A stretch of DNA of 61,723 nt from a virus (lineage: Duplodnaviria; Caudoviricetes). A model generated the notes under the pieces. The model did not search any database, was not told the origin of the DNA, and was given only the letters and a program-made list of their open reading frames with translations. The translations under genes and the position numbers were made by a program. Shown piece by piece: positions 33,302 through 43,644 of this stretch. The DNA lies in IMG/VR virus record IMGVR_UViG_3300043472_000004, positions 1 to 61,723 of that record; one strand, 5' to 3'. Within the stretch, counting starts at the first letter, position 1; every line of letters starts with the position of its first letter.

Positions 33302-33318
33302 TACTTGCGGCAGATGCA

Positions 33319-33352
33319 TGGCCCTCGGTCCTTCGGGATCGGGGGCCTTTGT
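33319..33352 (+). terminator. Intrinsic terminator
   Basis: GGCCCTCGGTCC-TTCG-GGATCGGGGGCC-TTTGT. Confidence 0.85.
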
Positions 33353-33399
33353 CTTGTACTGGTAGTATTAAGTCAGAGGAAGAACCTACGGAGGAAACA

Positions 33400-34008
33400 A
33401 TGTCTAACGCCACGCCCGAGGAACTTGCGGCTGCTGCTCGCGAGCCCGGTACATTCAGCTTTATTGAGCGCCTACGTGGGCGTAACTACGCCAAGGAAAC
33501 AGAAACCGTTTATCTCAACGAGGAATTGGGATATAAGCTTCAGGAAATCGAAGCCAAGATTGATAACGGTCCCAGCGTAGACGATCTTGCCGAGCTCGAA
33601 AAGCAACTTGCCGCTGTGCGTGCCGAGCTTGCATCGGATAAGTACGTCTTCCACCTTGAGGGTATTTCCAACGAGGCTTACGATGAACTCGTTGCTGAGG
33701 CTGTAGAGAAGTTCCCTTACGAGTACGAGGATTCTGTCGATATCTACACAGGCAAGAAGACTAAGGAAATTGTCGATAGTCCTGACCGTAACGAGTACTT
33801 TACGAACCTGCTGTGGTCAAAGGTTATTCGCAAGGTTGAGGCTAGTGGAGACTCTGATCAGAATATCAACAGTGAATTCATTGAGACATTCCGTCGCCTT
33901 GGTCCTATCAATGCCCTTCAGCACATCGGTCTTGCTATTGAAAAGGTCCGCATGGGTAGCGAATGGATCGAGTACGCTGAGGACGAGGATTTTTTAGTCA
34001 AGCCCTAA
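33400..34008 (+). CDS. Tail assembly chaperone (G)
   Basis: SD GGAGG; position before the tape measure; slippery site near the end. Confidence 0.85.
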   Translation: MSNATPEELAAAAREPGTFSFIERLRGRNYAKETETVYLNEELGYKLQEIEAKIDNGPSVDDLAELEKQLAAVRAELASDKYVFHLEGISNEAYDELVAEAVEKFPYEYEDSVDIYTGKKTKEIVDSPDRNEYFTNLLWSKVIRKVEASGDSDQNINSEFIETFRRLGPINALQHIGLAIEKVRMGSEWIEYAEDEDFLVKP

Positions 34009-34460
34009 CGTGGGAAGACCAGTCGTTCATTGAGATTTTTATCAAGGCGGCTATCAAGTCTGGACTGCCACCAACAGCGGTGATCCTGAGCGATCCTTCC
34101 CACAAGGAATGGACCGTTTGGGATTACCGTCTGATCAAGGCATACCACCTTAAGCAGGGCTTCATGAGCGGTAACTTCCCCGTCTGGTTGGATAGGGACG
34201 AGAACGTATGGTTCGAGGCAAAGAACTTTGTGTCGCGCTCCGAGGCTGTCATTGAAGCTGCTCAGGAAAAAGAGTCTACCAGCAAGAATGGTGGCACTAA
34301 GGGTAAGCGGTTTTATGCTGTCATTAAGGGCACGCGTAACGGTGGTCCGCTACCGACGCTACGAGACTTCCTTGAGAAGCAGGCGGTAGCAAGGGGTCAG
34401 AAGAGTGATGCTCCTGTCGAGAAAGAACAGATCGACCTGCCCATCCAAGGTGTTGACTGA
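33990..34460 (+). CDS. Tail assembly chaperone -1 frameshift extension (GT)
   Basis: T TTT TTA at 33990-33996; the -1 frame (SQALTWEDQSF...) is open into ORF 34080-34460. Confidence 0.85.
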   Translation, partial: FFSQALTWEDQSFIEIFIKAAIKSGLPPTAVILSDPSHKEWTVWDYRLIKAYHLKQGFMSGNFPVWLDRDENVWFEAKNFVSRSEAVIEAAQEKESTSKNGGTKGKRFYAVIKGTRNGGPLPTLRDFLEKQAVARGQKSDAPVEKEQIDLPIQGVD

Positions 34461-34493
34461 TAGACTTGGGCCAGTAACCACTAGGAGAAACTC

Positions 34494-37400
34494 TTGTCTG
34501 TAGACGATGCAACGCTGATTATCAGCGTTAAGGACGATAGCACCCCGGTCCTTAATCGCATCGTAACTGCTCTGGAGCGGTACAACACTGCCACTAGCCA
34601 AACCAACAGGGAAACCGTTGCCCTTGAGCGCTCGCTCGGGTCTATGGCTGCCAAGGCTGCTGCTGGTGGTGCTGGCGTAGATCGCGCTACTGCCGCACTA
34701 ACGCGTGCCGCTATTGCTGCTAAGGCTTATCAGGCTACCATTGCCAATATCGGTACAGTCCGCCTCAACTCTGCTGGACAGACGATCAGTAGTAGGACGG
34801 GTCAGTTCCTTGGTACTGCCGAGGTCACCGCATACCAGAAGGCCGTTGCTGGACTCAACGCGATTGAGACGAACCGTGTTCGCCAGCTAACAATCGGTAA
34901 TGCCGAGCAGGCAGCCATGAATGGCTCTATGCGTGGTGCGGTTCCAATCGGGTACCAGTACAGCACCATGCTCAACGCTCAGGCTGCGAGCATTGCTAGG
35001 GTCAACGCGCAAATGACTACCCAGCGCGCAGTTCAGGCTGGACTCAGTGTTCGTGGCAGCAATATCGGTCCTGCTATTCAGACTGGTAGCTTCCTTAATG
35101 CTAACAAGGAAATTCAGACCGTTACTTCCGGTGCTGCTAGGGCGCAAAGTGCGCTAAGCGGTCTTTCGGGTATCTCCAACTCCACGCGTTACGCCCTCTA
35201 TTCTGTTTCGCGTGCCCTTGGATCATTGGGGCTTGGTCTTCTTGCTATTCCCGTAGCGTCTGCTATTCTTGCCGCAAACTACGAGAAGGATTTTGCTAAC
35301 GTACAGCGTACTAGCAAGACCACGGGCATTCAGGCTCAGGCACTTAAGGCTAGCCTTATCGATCTGTCTACCACTATCCCCGTTTCCTTTAAGGGTATTA
35401 CTGAGATTGCGACCCTTGGTGGTCAGCTTGGTATTGGCGCTAGTGGTCTTGTAAGCTTCACTCGCACCGTCGCCATGCTGACAGCTACAACGAACCTTTC
35501 CTCTGAGGCTGCTGGAACGTTCATCGGTAAGTTCAGCAAGATCGGTGGCGTAAAACCAGAAGAGTTCAACAGGCTAGCTTCCGCCGTCCTTAACGTTGGT
35601 GTTAACACTGCTGCGACTGAGACACAGATCACCAAGCTTTCTACTCAGCTTGTCGGTGTCGCTAAGGCTGCTGGATTCACGGTCCCACAGCTTATCGGTA
35701 TTTCTGGTGCGATGGCTTCGGTTACCAGCACCGGCCCCGAACTTGCGCGTGGTGCCATTTACCAGTTCATTGCGAAGATTCAGTCCGCCGCTCAGAGTGG
35801 TGGACCCGTACTTGAGGCATTTGCCAAGACCGCTGGTGTAAGTCTAGCCACCGTGCAGGACGCTTTCGGCACGGAGAAGTTCGCTCCGCTATTCACGAAG
35901 TTCTTTACGGGACTTGATGGTATCGCCCATTCCGGTGGAGACGCTATCGGCGTTCTGAACCAATTGGGTATCACATCCATTCGCTATATCCCATTGCTTC
36001 TTTCTCTTGCGCGTGGTCACGGCGTACTCAAGGATGCTATCGACCTAGCGAATAAGGGCTGGTCTGATGGTACTCTTCTTCAGGTACAGTTTGGAATCCT
36101 GAACGACACCCTAATCAACAAGCTCATCGAGCTCGGTAACACCTTCGGCAAGTTTCTCAATCAGATCGGTGGTGCAGCGACCGGTCCATTCAAGGATGTT
36201 ACCAATGCACTAACGGATATGGTCAAGGGTATCTCTGATTTCGCTAGCACCGATGGTGGACAGAGTGCGCTTGTATTTGCTGCCGGATTGCTCGTTTTGT
36301 TCGGCGTGCTGGCTCTTGTGGGGTCCGGTCTTACAAGGATGGTCGCCGGTCTTCAGGCTGGTCGAGTTGCCTACGAGGGTATTACCGGAGCTATCGCCAC
36401 ATTCAAGGCCGCTCAGGTTGCGTCTGCGGCGTCTAGTGTAAGTGGACTTTCTGGATTGCAGCGCATGGCTGCTTTCTTGACCAACCCGTATACTGTAGCT
36501 CTCGCTGTTGCGGTTGCTGGTCTTGTTATCTTCTCCGATCAGCTTGAAAAGCTTAAGGCAACGAGCGCTCAGGTTCAGAACGTTCTTGCTACGGGCAAAA
36601 ACTTCACAGATGTCTCGAAGGTTCTTACTCAGGGTGGTGCTGGAGGTAACCTCTTTGCGCTGGCCGCTGGTGCCAATCTTGAGGCTGCGTTTAAGGACTT
36701 TAAGGGCTCTATCCAGAAGCAGACCCAGTTGCTTGGTGGAAATCTTTGGGATCAGATCATTGCCGGGTTCAGTCAGGGTAGCCTCCAGAAGGCGCAGACT
36801 CAGCAGATTTTCGCAGACAAGCTTAAGGATGTAGGTACACAGCTTGCCACTCTTGCTAGGTCTGATCTACCTTCTGCTCAGAATGGATTTACTCAGCTTG
36901 CGCTTAAGACAGACGGCACGCGAGCAAGCCTGCTTACCCTGCTTCGTGGAACAAGTGACTATAAGGATGAACTTACTCGTCAGCTTACGGTTGCGCGTGT
37001 AGCGGTAAACGATACAAATCTTCTTAAGCTCGCCATTGGTGGTAGTGGTGATGGGGCGCTCAAGACAGCGGGACAATACAAGGTTCTTTCTGACGAAATG
37101 AAGCGCCAGCGTGACTTCAAGAACGATCTGAATCAGGTTGTTAGTGGGCAGAGTGATGCTAATGCTAAGGACCCGCAGAAGGCTATCGACGCCGTGGGTG
37201 CCGCGTATCGCAAGTCTATTGCGCCGCTAACTGATTTCAACACTATTGTTCAGCAGGTTCAGGCTAGCTTGAGCGCAGCGGCGGATCAGCAGTCTAAGCT
37301 TTCAGGTGTCGATTCGAAGAATATTTATGATGGTGTTTCTGTTAGTCTTGGTCAGTTCACTGCGCAACTTGAAACTAATAACTCTGCTCAGGAAACATGG

Positions 37401-38462
37401 TTCCGCAATATTATTAGTATTTCGGCTCGCTATGGGCAAGATGCTGCTAACGTCTTTATTCAGGCTGGATACTCGGCAACAAATGCCTCTATTCTTCAGC
37501 AGCTTACCAATGCAACTCCGGCGCAGGCGGACGCGTATATTGCCGCACAGCAGCGTGCTATGGAGCTTGCAGGGGCGGCCACTGGAGAAGCTTTGATCGC
37601 TTCAGGTAACCTAGTAACTTCAAGTGGTGCGGCCATTGGTAAGGAAACTGCTGCCAAGATGGGGCAGATGCTTTTGGAGGGCTTCAGTCCTTCGGATATC
37701 ATGCAGCGATTCAACCTTGGCTTTGGTCAGAATCCAGCCACCCCTGTAGTTAACCCGGCTCCTGCTAAAACAACAATGGATAACCTGATTTGGGATATGA
37801 GCCACGTAACTCCACCCAATATCACGCCGGGATTCTCTGGCGATTCTGCACGAGGAAAAATGCAGAACTTGATCTGGGACATGAACCACGCTCCTGCTCC
37901 GGTTACCACTCCGCAGGCTAACACTGATCCCGCTAAGAGTAAAATCTACCAGCTAGTACAGCTACCGTATCCAGCAGTACAGATTCAGGTTACTGCTAAT
38001 ATGTCGGCGTTCCAGCGTGGTATTGCCAATGCTCAGGCTCAGGCAAATGCTTTCGCAGCGGGCAAGGTCTATGGCGGTGGAGCTACGGGTGGTTACTTCA
38101 ACGGAACATCCTTTAGGGGTTATGGTGGCGGTGGATTCACTGGTCCGGGTACGAAGTATCAGGTTGCCGGTGTAGTCCACGCTGGGGAGTTTGTCTTCCC
38201 GCAGGAGTCCGTCAGGCGTCTCGGATTGAGTACTCTTTTCGCCCTTATGCATAACACTGCTGGAGCTCGAAGCGCACCGCGTATGGGGTACGCCGATGGC
38301 GGTATGGTCAGCGGCGGCAATTTCAGTGCAATCGACGCTCAGAGCTTGCAGGCTATCATGGCCCTCGCCAATAGGCCCATCTATCTTTACACGACTGATA
38401 GAGTTATTGCTGAGACCGCAGCGCGCGGTAATACTGAGATTGCTTATGGAGGACAGAACTAA
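34494..38462 (+). CDS. Tape measure protein
   Basis: 1322 aa, Ala/Gly-rich, TP901-type core (YE..FANV.RT...IATLGGQLGI); C-terminal GGFTGPG.KY.VAGVVHAGEFV. Confidence 0.95.
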   Translation: MSVDDATLIISVKDDSTPVLNRIVTALERYNTATSQTNRETVALERSLGSMAAKAAAGGAGVDRATAALTRAAIAAKAYQATIANIGTVRLNSAGQTISSRTGQFLGTAEVTAYQKAVAGLNAIETNRVRQLTIGNAEQAAMNGSMRGAVPIGYQYSTMLNAQAASIARVNAQMTTQRAVQAGLSVRGSNIGPAIQTGSFLNANKEIQTVTSGAARAQSALSGLSGISNSTRYALYSVSRALGSLGLGLLAIPVASAILAANYEKDFANVQRTSKTTGIQAQALKASLIDLSTTIPVSFKGITEIATLGGQLGIGASGLVSFTRTVAMLTATTNLSSEAAGTFIGKFSKIGGVKPEEFNRLASAVLNVGVNTAATETQITKLSTQLVGVAKAAGFTVPQLIGISGAMASVTSTGPELARGAIYQFIAKIQSAAQSGGPVLEAFAKTAGVSLATVQDAFGTEKFAPLFTKFFTGLDGIAHSGGDAIGVLNQLGITSIRYIPLLLSLARGHGVLKDAIDLANKGWSDGTLLQVQFGILNDTLINKLIELGNTFGKFLNQIGGAATGPFKDVTNALTDMVKGISDFASTDGGQSALVFAAGLLVLFGVLALVGSGLTRMVAGLQAGRVAYEGITGAIATFKAAQVASAASSVSGLSGLQRMAAFLTNPYTVALAVAVAGLVIFSDQLEKLKATSAQVQNVLATGKNFTDVSKVLTQGGAGGNLFALAAGANLEAAFKDFKGSIQKQTQLLGGNLWDQIIAGFSQGSLQKAQTQQIFADKLKDVGTQLATLARSDLPSAQNGFTQLALKTDGTRASLLTLLRGTSDYKDELTRQLTVARVAVNDTNLLKLAIGGSGDGALKTAGQYKVLSDEMKRQRDFKNDLNQVVSGQSDANAKDPQKAIDAVGAAYRKSIAPLTDFNTIVQQVQASLSAAADQQSKLSGVDSKNIYDGVSVSLGQFTAQLETNNSAQETWFRNIISISARYGQDAANVFIQAGYSATNASILQQLTNATPAQADAYIAAQQRAMELAGAATGEALIASGNLVTSSGAAIGKETAAKMGQMLLEGFSPSDIMQRFNLGFGQNPATPVVNPAPAKTTMDNLIWDMSHVTPPNITPGFSGDSARGKMQNLIWDMNHAPAPVTTPQANTDPAKSKIYQLVQLPYPAVQIQVTANMSAFQRGIANAQAQANAFAAGKVYGGGATGGYFNGTSFRGYGGGGFTGPGTKYQVAGVVHAGEFVFPQESVRRLGLSTLFALMHNTAGARSAPRMGYADGGMVSGGNFSAIDAQSLQAIMALANRPIYLYTTDRVIAETAARGNTEIAYGGQN

Positions 38463-39364
38463 TGGCCACTGGCGATCCAACGATCTATTTCGGAAACATT
38501 CGCAAGGCAGGTTTCGTTCTTGCGCCCGGTGCTGGACTCAACGCTGATTTTACCGGAGCCATCGATGGTATGCAGTTCAGTAGTGGTGGAGCATTCGACA
38601 ACCCTTCCGCCGCCGTGCATCGTAAGTTCGGTTGGAGTTGGAAGACTAAGCAGATCGAAGACCTTCAGTTCCTTTTCAACTACCGTCAGGGGCTCTACGG
38701 CACGGGGCTCCTGTACTGGATCGACCCCTATGCTTCGTACTACAACGCGCTTCCTCCGCACTGGGCAGCGCCGTTCCTGAGCGCTTCTGGTTGGCCTTCT
38801 CATATTGGTGCAGGTAACATTCCTGACATCGTTGCTGCTACAAGCCTTCTGAACAACCAGCCTATCTACTCGGCTAAGTACACACTCTCTACTCCGATTA
38901 ACACGGTTCCAGATAGGGCGTTGGTTCTCCTGATCCCACCGACTATGCAGATCAACATCGGATTCAGCTTCTCTGTAGTCAATGGTGCTGTGATTCGTAT
39001 CCAGCCGATCAATATCGATGGAACGCTTGCGGCTACTCAGGACTTCACGGCTCTTTCTGCTTCCGGTACAACCCGCATGAACAAATCTTTCAGTGGGGCA
39101 ACGTACAGTGCCATCAAGATCTACCTAACGTCCACCGTCTCTGGTACCTCATACGTTACAATGGATTCAGGGGACGCTTACTACACTACTCTCGGCGTCA
39201 CTCCCGTTCTGACTGGCAACCACATGGAAGGGCGCGGTCATACCGGCATGAAGTTTGCTAGTGATCCAACTATGGCTTATGAGTTCCTTGATGAAGTCGG
39301 ACCCTACCCTCGACGCTACGTATCGGCTGCCGTTACTCTTGAAGAAGTGGGCGGTTGGCTATAA
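38462..39364 (+). CDS. Minor tail protein (distal tail)
   Basis: TAATG-coupled after the tape measure. Confidence 0.75.
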   Translation: MATGDPTIYFGNIRKAGFVLAPGAGLNADFTGAIDGMQFSSGGAFDNPSAAVHRKFGWSWKTKQIEDLQFLFNYRQGLYGTGLLYWIDPYASYYNALPPHWAAPFLSASGWPSHIGAGNIPDIVAATSLLNNQPIYSAKYTLSTPINTVPDRALVLLIPPTMQINIGFSFSVVNGAVIRIQPINIDGTLAATQDFTALSASGTTRMNKSFSGATYSAIKIYLTSTVSGTSYVTMDSGDAYYTTLGVTPVLTGNHMEGRGHTGMKFASDPTMAYEFLDEVGPYPRRYVSAAVTLEEVGGWL

Positions 39365-39383
39365 TGAGAAAAGGACTTAAGAC

Positions 39384-39878
39384 ATGACCTTTGTACCAGA
39401 TACATTCGCAGACGGGCCAGCGGGAGCTACCCCTATTACCGCTGCGAAGCTGAACAATGTGGAGACAGGTGTTTCCCAGATTTACTCCGCGTGGGCGGCG
39501 TATACTCCAACCGTAACTGGTATCACGCTCGGCAATGGCACGGTTCTAGGAAGGTATCGGCTGGTCGGAAAGACCGTCAACGGAATGATCGAATGTACCT
39601 TGGGGTCAACTACAACAATGGTAGGAATTCCAACATTCACCCTGCCACCCGTGAACGCACCCCTGAATGCCACGGGCGGCCGGTCTGCTAAAGTAATATT
39701 CTTTGATACATCTGCAACACAGTACTATGCGGGTGTATGTATCCTTACATCCACAACAGCACTTGCTGGAATTCATACATCAGCATCCGGGTTGCTCGCT
39801 GCGACTTCAGCAACCGCTCCTTTCACGTGGGCGACGGGTGACAAGATTAACATCGACTTTATGTACGAAATCTCCTAA
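39384..39878 (+). CDS. Minor tail/fibre protein
   Basis: TPITAAKLNNVETG; W.AYTP...LGNG...GRY..VGKTV. Confidence 0.75.
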   Translation: MTFVPDTFADGPAGATPITAAKLNNVETGVSQIYSAWAAYTPTVTGITLGNGTVLGRYRLVGKTVNGMIECTLGSTTTMVGIPTFTLPPVNAPLNATGGRSAKVIFFDTSATQYYAGVCILTSTTALAGIHTSASGLLAATSATAPFTWATGDKINIDFMYEIS

Positions 39879-42205
39879 TGCTCTTTCCCGATTCCACCAC
39901 TTTCCCTAGCGCGTCCACTTTTCCGGGCGAGTCTGGGATGCCTATGCCAGCATCCAACTCCCCGTTGGTGGCATATATCGAGAATCGGTCACGAGTCCTA
40001 CAGGTCGTTGACTATAGTGTTCAGGCGTCGATCAATCGTTACGCCCCAGACGACACTACAGGCGGCACTTCTTCTATGAGTATTGTGATCAAGGCTGATG
40101 AGGATTCCGACCTTCTTCACCGCTACCTATCGTGCATTGACCAGAAGATCACCCTCGTTGATACGCAGGGCATTGAGGATACTGCATTTCGTGGGCGCGG
40201 TACATGGACTGGTACTATCTCTCAGGCTTCTCGTGCCGGAAACAGGATCACCTTCTCCGTTGACTCCCTCTTGAGCAAGCTCAACGTCAACAAGACCGCT
40301 AAGCCGTACTTTGGACGTAGCCGTGACTCCACAATCACCACGTATATTGTCAACCAAGCAACCAATCCTTCGAGCGAAGTTAGCGCTACAACGAACTACT
40401 CGGTTCAGGCTGGTACCGGAGGAACTGCCGCCATTACTCAGGGTGCAACGGGGGCATATGCTGGTACCAAAACAACCAAGCTAACGTGGAGTGTTGCCGC
40501 AACTGGTGTTGGTGGATTGATCTACCTTCATACAGGTATTCTTACTGGCGGTTTCTATACCTTTAGTATGCAAGCCAAGTCGAACACAGATCAGGCTATG
40601 CAGATGAGTATTCAGTGGCTCAATGCTGCCAGTGCTGCCGTGGGATCGCCCGTACTTATTGGTGGGGTAACGCTTCCTTCGGGAGTGTGGCAGGAATTTG
40701 ATGCTGTTGGATTGACTGCTCCGGCTACGGCTACACAAGCGCAGGTTCGTATGTTCAATTACACTATTGGATCAGGTTTTCACCAATGGGCAATTGGTAA
40801 CATTCTTGAAACTGATGGAGTAATGATTACTCAGGGTACGGTCATGTATCCCTATGGGGATGGTAACGGTACCAATAACTTCTGGAACGGTACTCCTGAT
40901 GCTTCGAGCTCAACCATCGCGATCACCATTGCTCAGCCCACTGGCTATGATGCTACCTTTGGTAATGCTTTTCGATACTATGCCTCGCTAGCTAGCGTTC
41001 CTGCAACAGCTATCAGTATTGATCCAGCCCTAGAAGACGTCTTTGTCTCTTACCGTAGTTGGGAAGGCAATCTTCTTGACCACTTGAAGATGATGTGCTC
41101 TGCCGAGGGTGCTATTTTCTTCATTGTGAACGAAGTTATTCAGGTACAGAAGCCACGCAAGAATGTTATCCGTATTGAGAATACCGACACCATCTCCCAG
41201 ACCGTTACGGCTCAGGGTTCCGTGCGTGAAGTGCTCGTTAACAATTACAACAACCAGTGGCTGACGGACTCCGTGACGGCGGCTCCTGATAATGTGTACT
41301 CTATTACTGTAGCTGCCTCTAACAACTTCTCCCTTTCTACGGACGATTCCCTCGTTTCGGTGAATAACCCCATCTGCGTAGCTGCTATCGCTCCGCTACC
41401 TTACACTTCCGGCACGGGACAATACGTTATCACCGATAGCAAGAACAACGCTGTCAACCCTGCCGACTGGACTGCGGCTGGTGGAAGTCTTTCTGTCATG
41501 CTCGATCCGAATAACAACAATAACATTCTTGTCAGCGTGCATGCCCCTAATGTGATCCCTAATTATGAAGCACCATTCCGCATGGCAATGGATGTTGCTG
41601 ACACTGATGTACCTGCTCTCTATATTACAGGTAGCGGAGTCTTCTCTAGGAAAGAGGTCGTGTCTATTGTTACGGGCACTTCCGTCAATACGCAGACTCA
41701 GGACCAGTCCCCAGTAGTAGATAATCCATTCCTCGGGGATATCACCCACGCTCATGATCGTGGAACTTTCTCAGCAGATGAGCGCGGTGGTGTAAGTGTT
41801 TCCGGTAGTGGAACATTTCCTTTCGACCCAGACTCGGGCGGTCAGGAGTTCGGTAATATTGCAGGGTCGCGCTTCTACGCTGGTGCCGGTATCTACTTGA
41901 TCACTGATGCTACGATTGCTCGTAAGGGTATTTCCATGAACTATGTCATGGACGTGAGCTTCGATGATCTAACAAACCTTTTTGCTATGATCTTCAACGA
42001 GTTTAATGCCACATATGCTGGTCTTACTTTTACATCTTTTAATTCTACGTATCCAACACAGACGATGGACCAGTTCAACGCCGTATCGAACAACCCGACC
42101 ATGACTACTTTTAATACCGTTTACGCAGGGTCCAACTTTAATGACCATGCGGTTTATCCATACCTGAAGGGAGCTCCAGTAGAAAATGTCGAAGCCCGAT
42201 TCTAA
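39878..42205 (+). CDS. Minor tail (baseplate hub-like) protein with an inserted carbohydrate-binding-like domain
   Basis: NPS.E...Y.DG....W.GT..ASSS insert; synteny. Confidence 0.75.
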   Translation: MLFPDSTTFPSASTFPGESGMPMPASNSPLVAYIENRSRVLQVVDYSVQASINRYAPDDTTGGTSSMSIVIKADEDSDLLHRYLSCIDQKITLVDTQGIEDTAFRGRGTWTGTISQASRAGNRITFSVDSLLSKLNVNKTAKPYFGRSRDSTITTYIVNQATNPSSEVSATTNYSVQAGTGGTAAITQGATGAYAGTKTTKLTWSVAATGVGGLIYLHTGILTGGFYTFSMQAKSNTDQAMQMSIQWLNAASAAVGSPVLIGGVTLPSGVWQEFDAVGLTAPATATQAQVRMFNYTIGSGFHQWAIGNILETDGVMITQGTVMYPYGDGNGTNNFWNGTPDASSSTIAITIAQPTGYDATFGNAFRYYASLASVPATAISIDPALEDVFVSYRSWEGNLLDHLKMMCSAEGAIFFIVNEVIQVQKPRKNVIRIENTDTISQTVTAQGSVREVLVNNYNNQWLTDSVTAAPDNVYSITVAASNNFSLSTDDSLVSVNNPICVAAIAPLPYTSGTGQYVITDSKNNAVNPADWTAAGGSLSVMLDPNNNNNILVSVHAPNVIPNYEAPFRMAMDVADTDVPALYITGSGVFSRKEVVSIVTGTSVNTQTQDQSPVVDNPFLGDITHAHDRGTFSADERGGVSVSGSGTFPFDPDSGGQEFGNIAGSRFYAGAGIYLITDATIARKGISMNYVMDVSFDDLTNLFAMIFNEFNATYAGLTFTSFNSTYPTQTMDQFNAVSNNPTMTTFNTVYAGSNFNDHAVYPYLKGAPVENVEARF

Positions 42206-42947
42206 TCTGCCGCCGCAATCCCAAACGTGGAGGCGTTATCAGGAACAGCAGGACGAAACCAATGCCGCTGCTATTGCTAACATTCTCGCTGAACTAGATC
42301 GACTGTCAAATTCTGATGGTGGCATGGCTGCGCTTTATGCTCAATTGATGGTTGGACCAATTGGTACGCTACAAGATCAGCTTAAAACTCTTTACACCCT
42401 GACGGGGAATGTCTACCCTCCAGTTGCTAGCACTCCTGCTGCGCCACCCGCTACGCCTTCATATACCGTTATTGAAACTGCTGCTACATGGTCGAGGACG
42501 TGGGGTAGCTATACGGGTGCTCCCTACGCTGGTGGTGGAGTTTATACAGATTCACAGATGCTCTATCAGGGTTCTTCCGAGAATAAGATTGGTATCTGGG
42601 GAATTGACATGGGGTCTGCTTATGGCAGGAACATTGTTGATATGCAGGTTTTTCTTCAGAATAGCCAATACCCATATAGCTCTGGTGGTATCGCTGGTTT
42701 CGGCACGCACCAATATAGCGGCCCTCCTTCTGGAAAGCCTAATCGCTCCAACGGATTCGATGTTGGTTGGGGCGAGGGGCAGGGTAAGTATGCAAGTATT
42801 CCACCGGTACTGTATACCGGATTTTCTAACGGAACATTCAAGGGCCTATCTGTCGGTGGCTTCGGTGCCAGTAACCCACAGTCGGCTATCTTTCATGGTG
42901 TTGGTAAACCACTCTCCCCACGGCTCCGTATTACTTATCAGGTCTGA
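42186..42947 (+). CDS. Minor tail protein
   Basis: SNLPPQSQ.W.R start; P.LRITY end. Confidence 0.7.
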   Translation: MSKPDSNLPPQSQTWRRYQEQQDETNAAAIANILAELDRLSNSDGGMAALYAQLMVGPIGTLQDQLKTLYTLTGNVYPPVASTPAAPPATPSYTVIETAATWSRTWGSYTGAPYAGGGVYTDSQMLYQGSSENKIGIWGIDMGSAYGRNIVDMQVFLQNSQYPYSSGGIAGFGTHQYSGPPSGKPNRSNGFDVGWGEGQGKYASIPPVLYTGFSNGTFKGLSVGGFGASNPQSAIFHGVGKPLSPRLRITYQV

Positions 42948-42962
42948 TAGAATGGAAATCTA

Positions 42963-43643
42963 ATGCCTACTACCCCGAACTTTGCGATTCCATATCCTGA
43001 TGGAACTACGTCACTAACCCCACTACAGGACAAGTTTGCTGATGTCGCGAACGCGGTAGATAGTGCTCTCGTTAGTGGTCTTGCGGGAGCTCCCCGTCAG
43101 ATTACAAGCGATGCCCAGCGTACTTCAGTGTTCCCTTCGCCGGTACAGGGAAACCTTGCCAATCGCCCAGACAAGGGATACATTGAAGTATACCTAGCAA
43201 CGTATGATCCCTCTACTAATAAAGGTGGCGCTGCGGTTGCTGGGTGGTATCCGTTGCCGGGTACTATTCTCGGGTCTAATCAGGCTCTACCAAACTCTCT
43301 CGTCGTCACTGGAGTAACAGCGATTGCCGGACTATCAGCGACTACATATTGTCCCGGCACTCCAGTAAAGATTGCATTTGAGGCACTCTTCGAGAACACT
43401 GGTTCTGGAGCTAATCGTGAAGTTTCTGTTCAGGTCTATGAGGATGGAACTGCGATTGGTATTTCACGTGACTGGTTTGTCGGATTTGTTAACACTCAGG
43501 TTTCGACTACTAACATGAATGTATTTCGCACTCCCACTGCTGGTATTCATACATACACTGCTCGCACTAATACAGCCGTCGCATCAGCGGTAACGAACAA
43601 AGAGTGTTCTATTGTTGTAACCGCTCTAGCGCCTAAGGTTTAA
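42963..43643 (+). CDS. Minor tail protein
   Basis: TTPNFAIPYPD; FPSPVQG. Confidence 0.7.
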   Translation: MPTTPNFAIPYPDGTTSLTPLQDKFADVANAVDSALVSGLAGAPRQITSDAQRTSVFPSPVQGNLANRPDKGYIEVYLATYDPSTNKGGAAVAGWYPLPGTILGSNQALPNSLVVTGVTAIAGLSATTYCPGTPVKIAFEALFENTGSGANREVSVQVYEDGTAIGISRDWFVGFVNTQVSTTNMNVFRTPTAGIHTYTARTNTAVASAVTNKECSIVVTALAPKV

Positions 43644-43644
43644 T

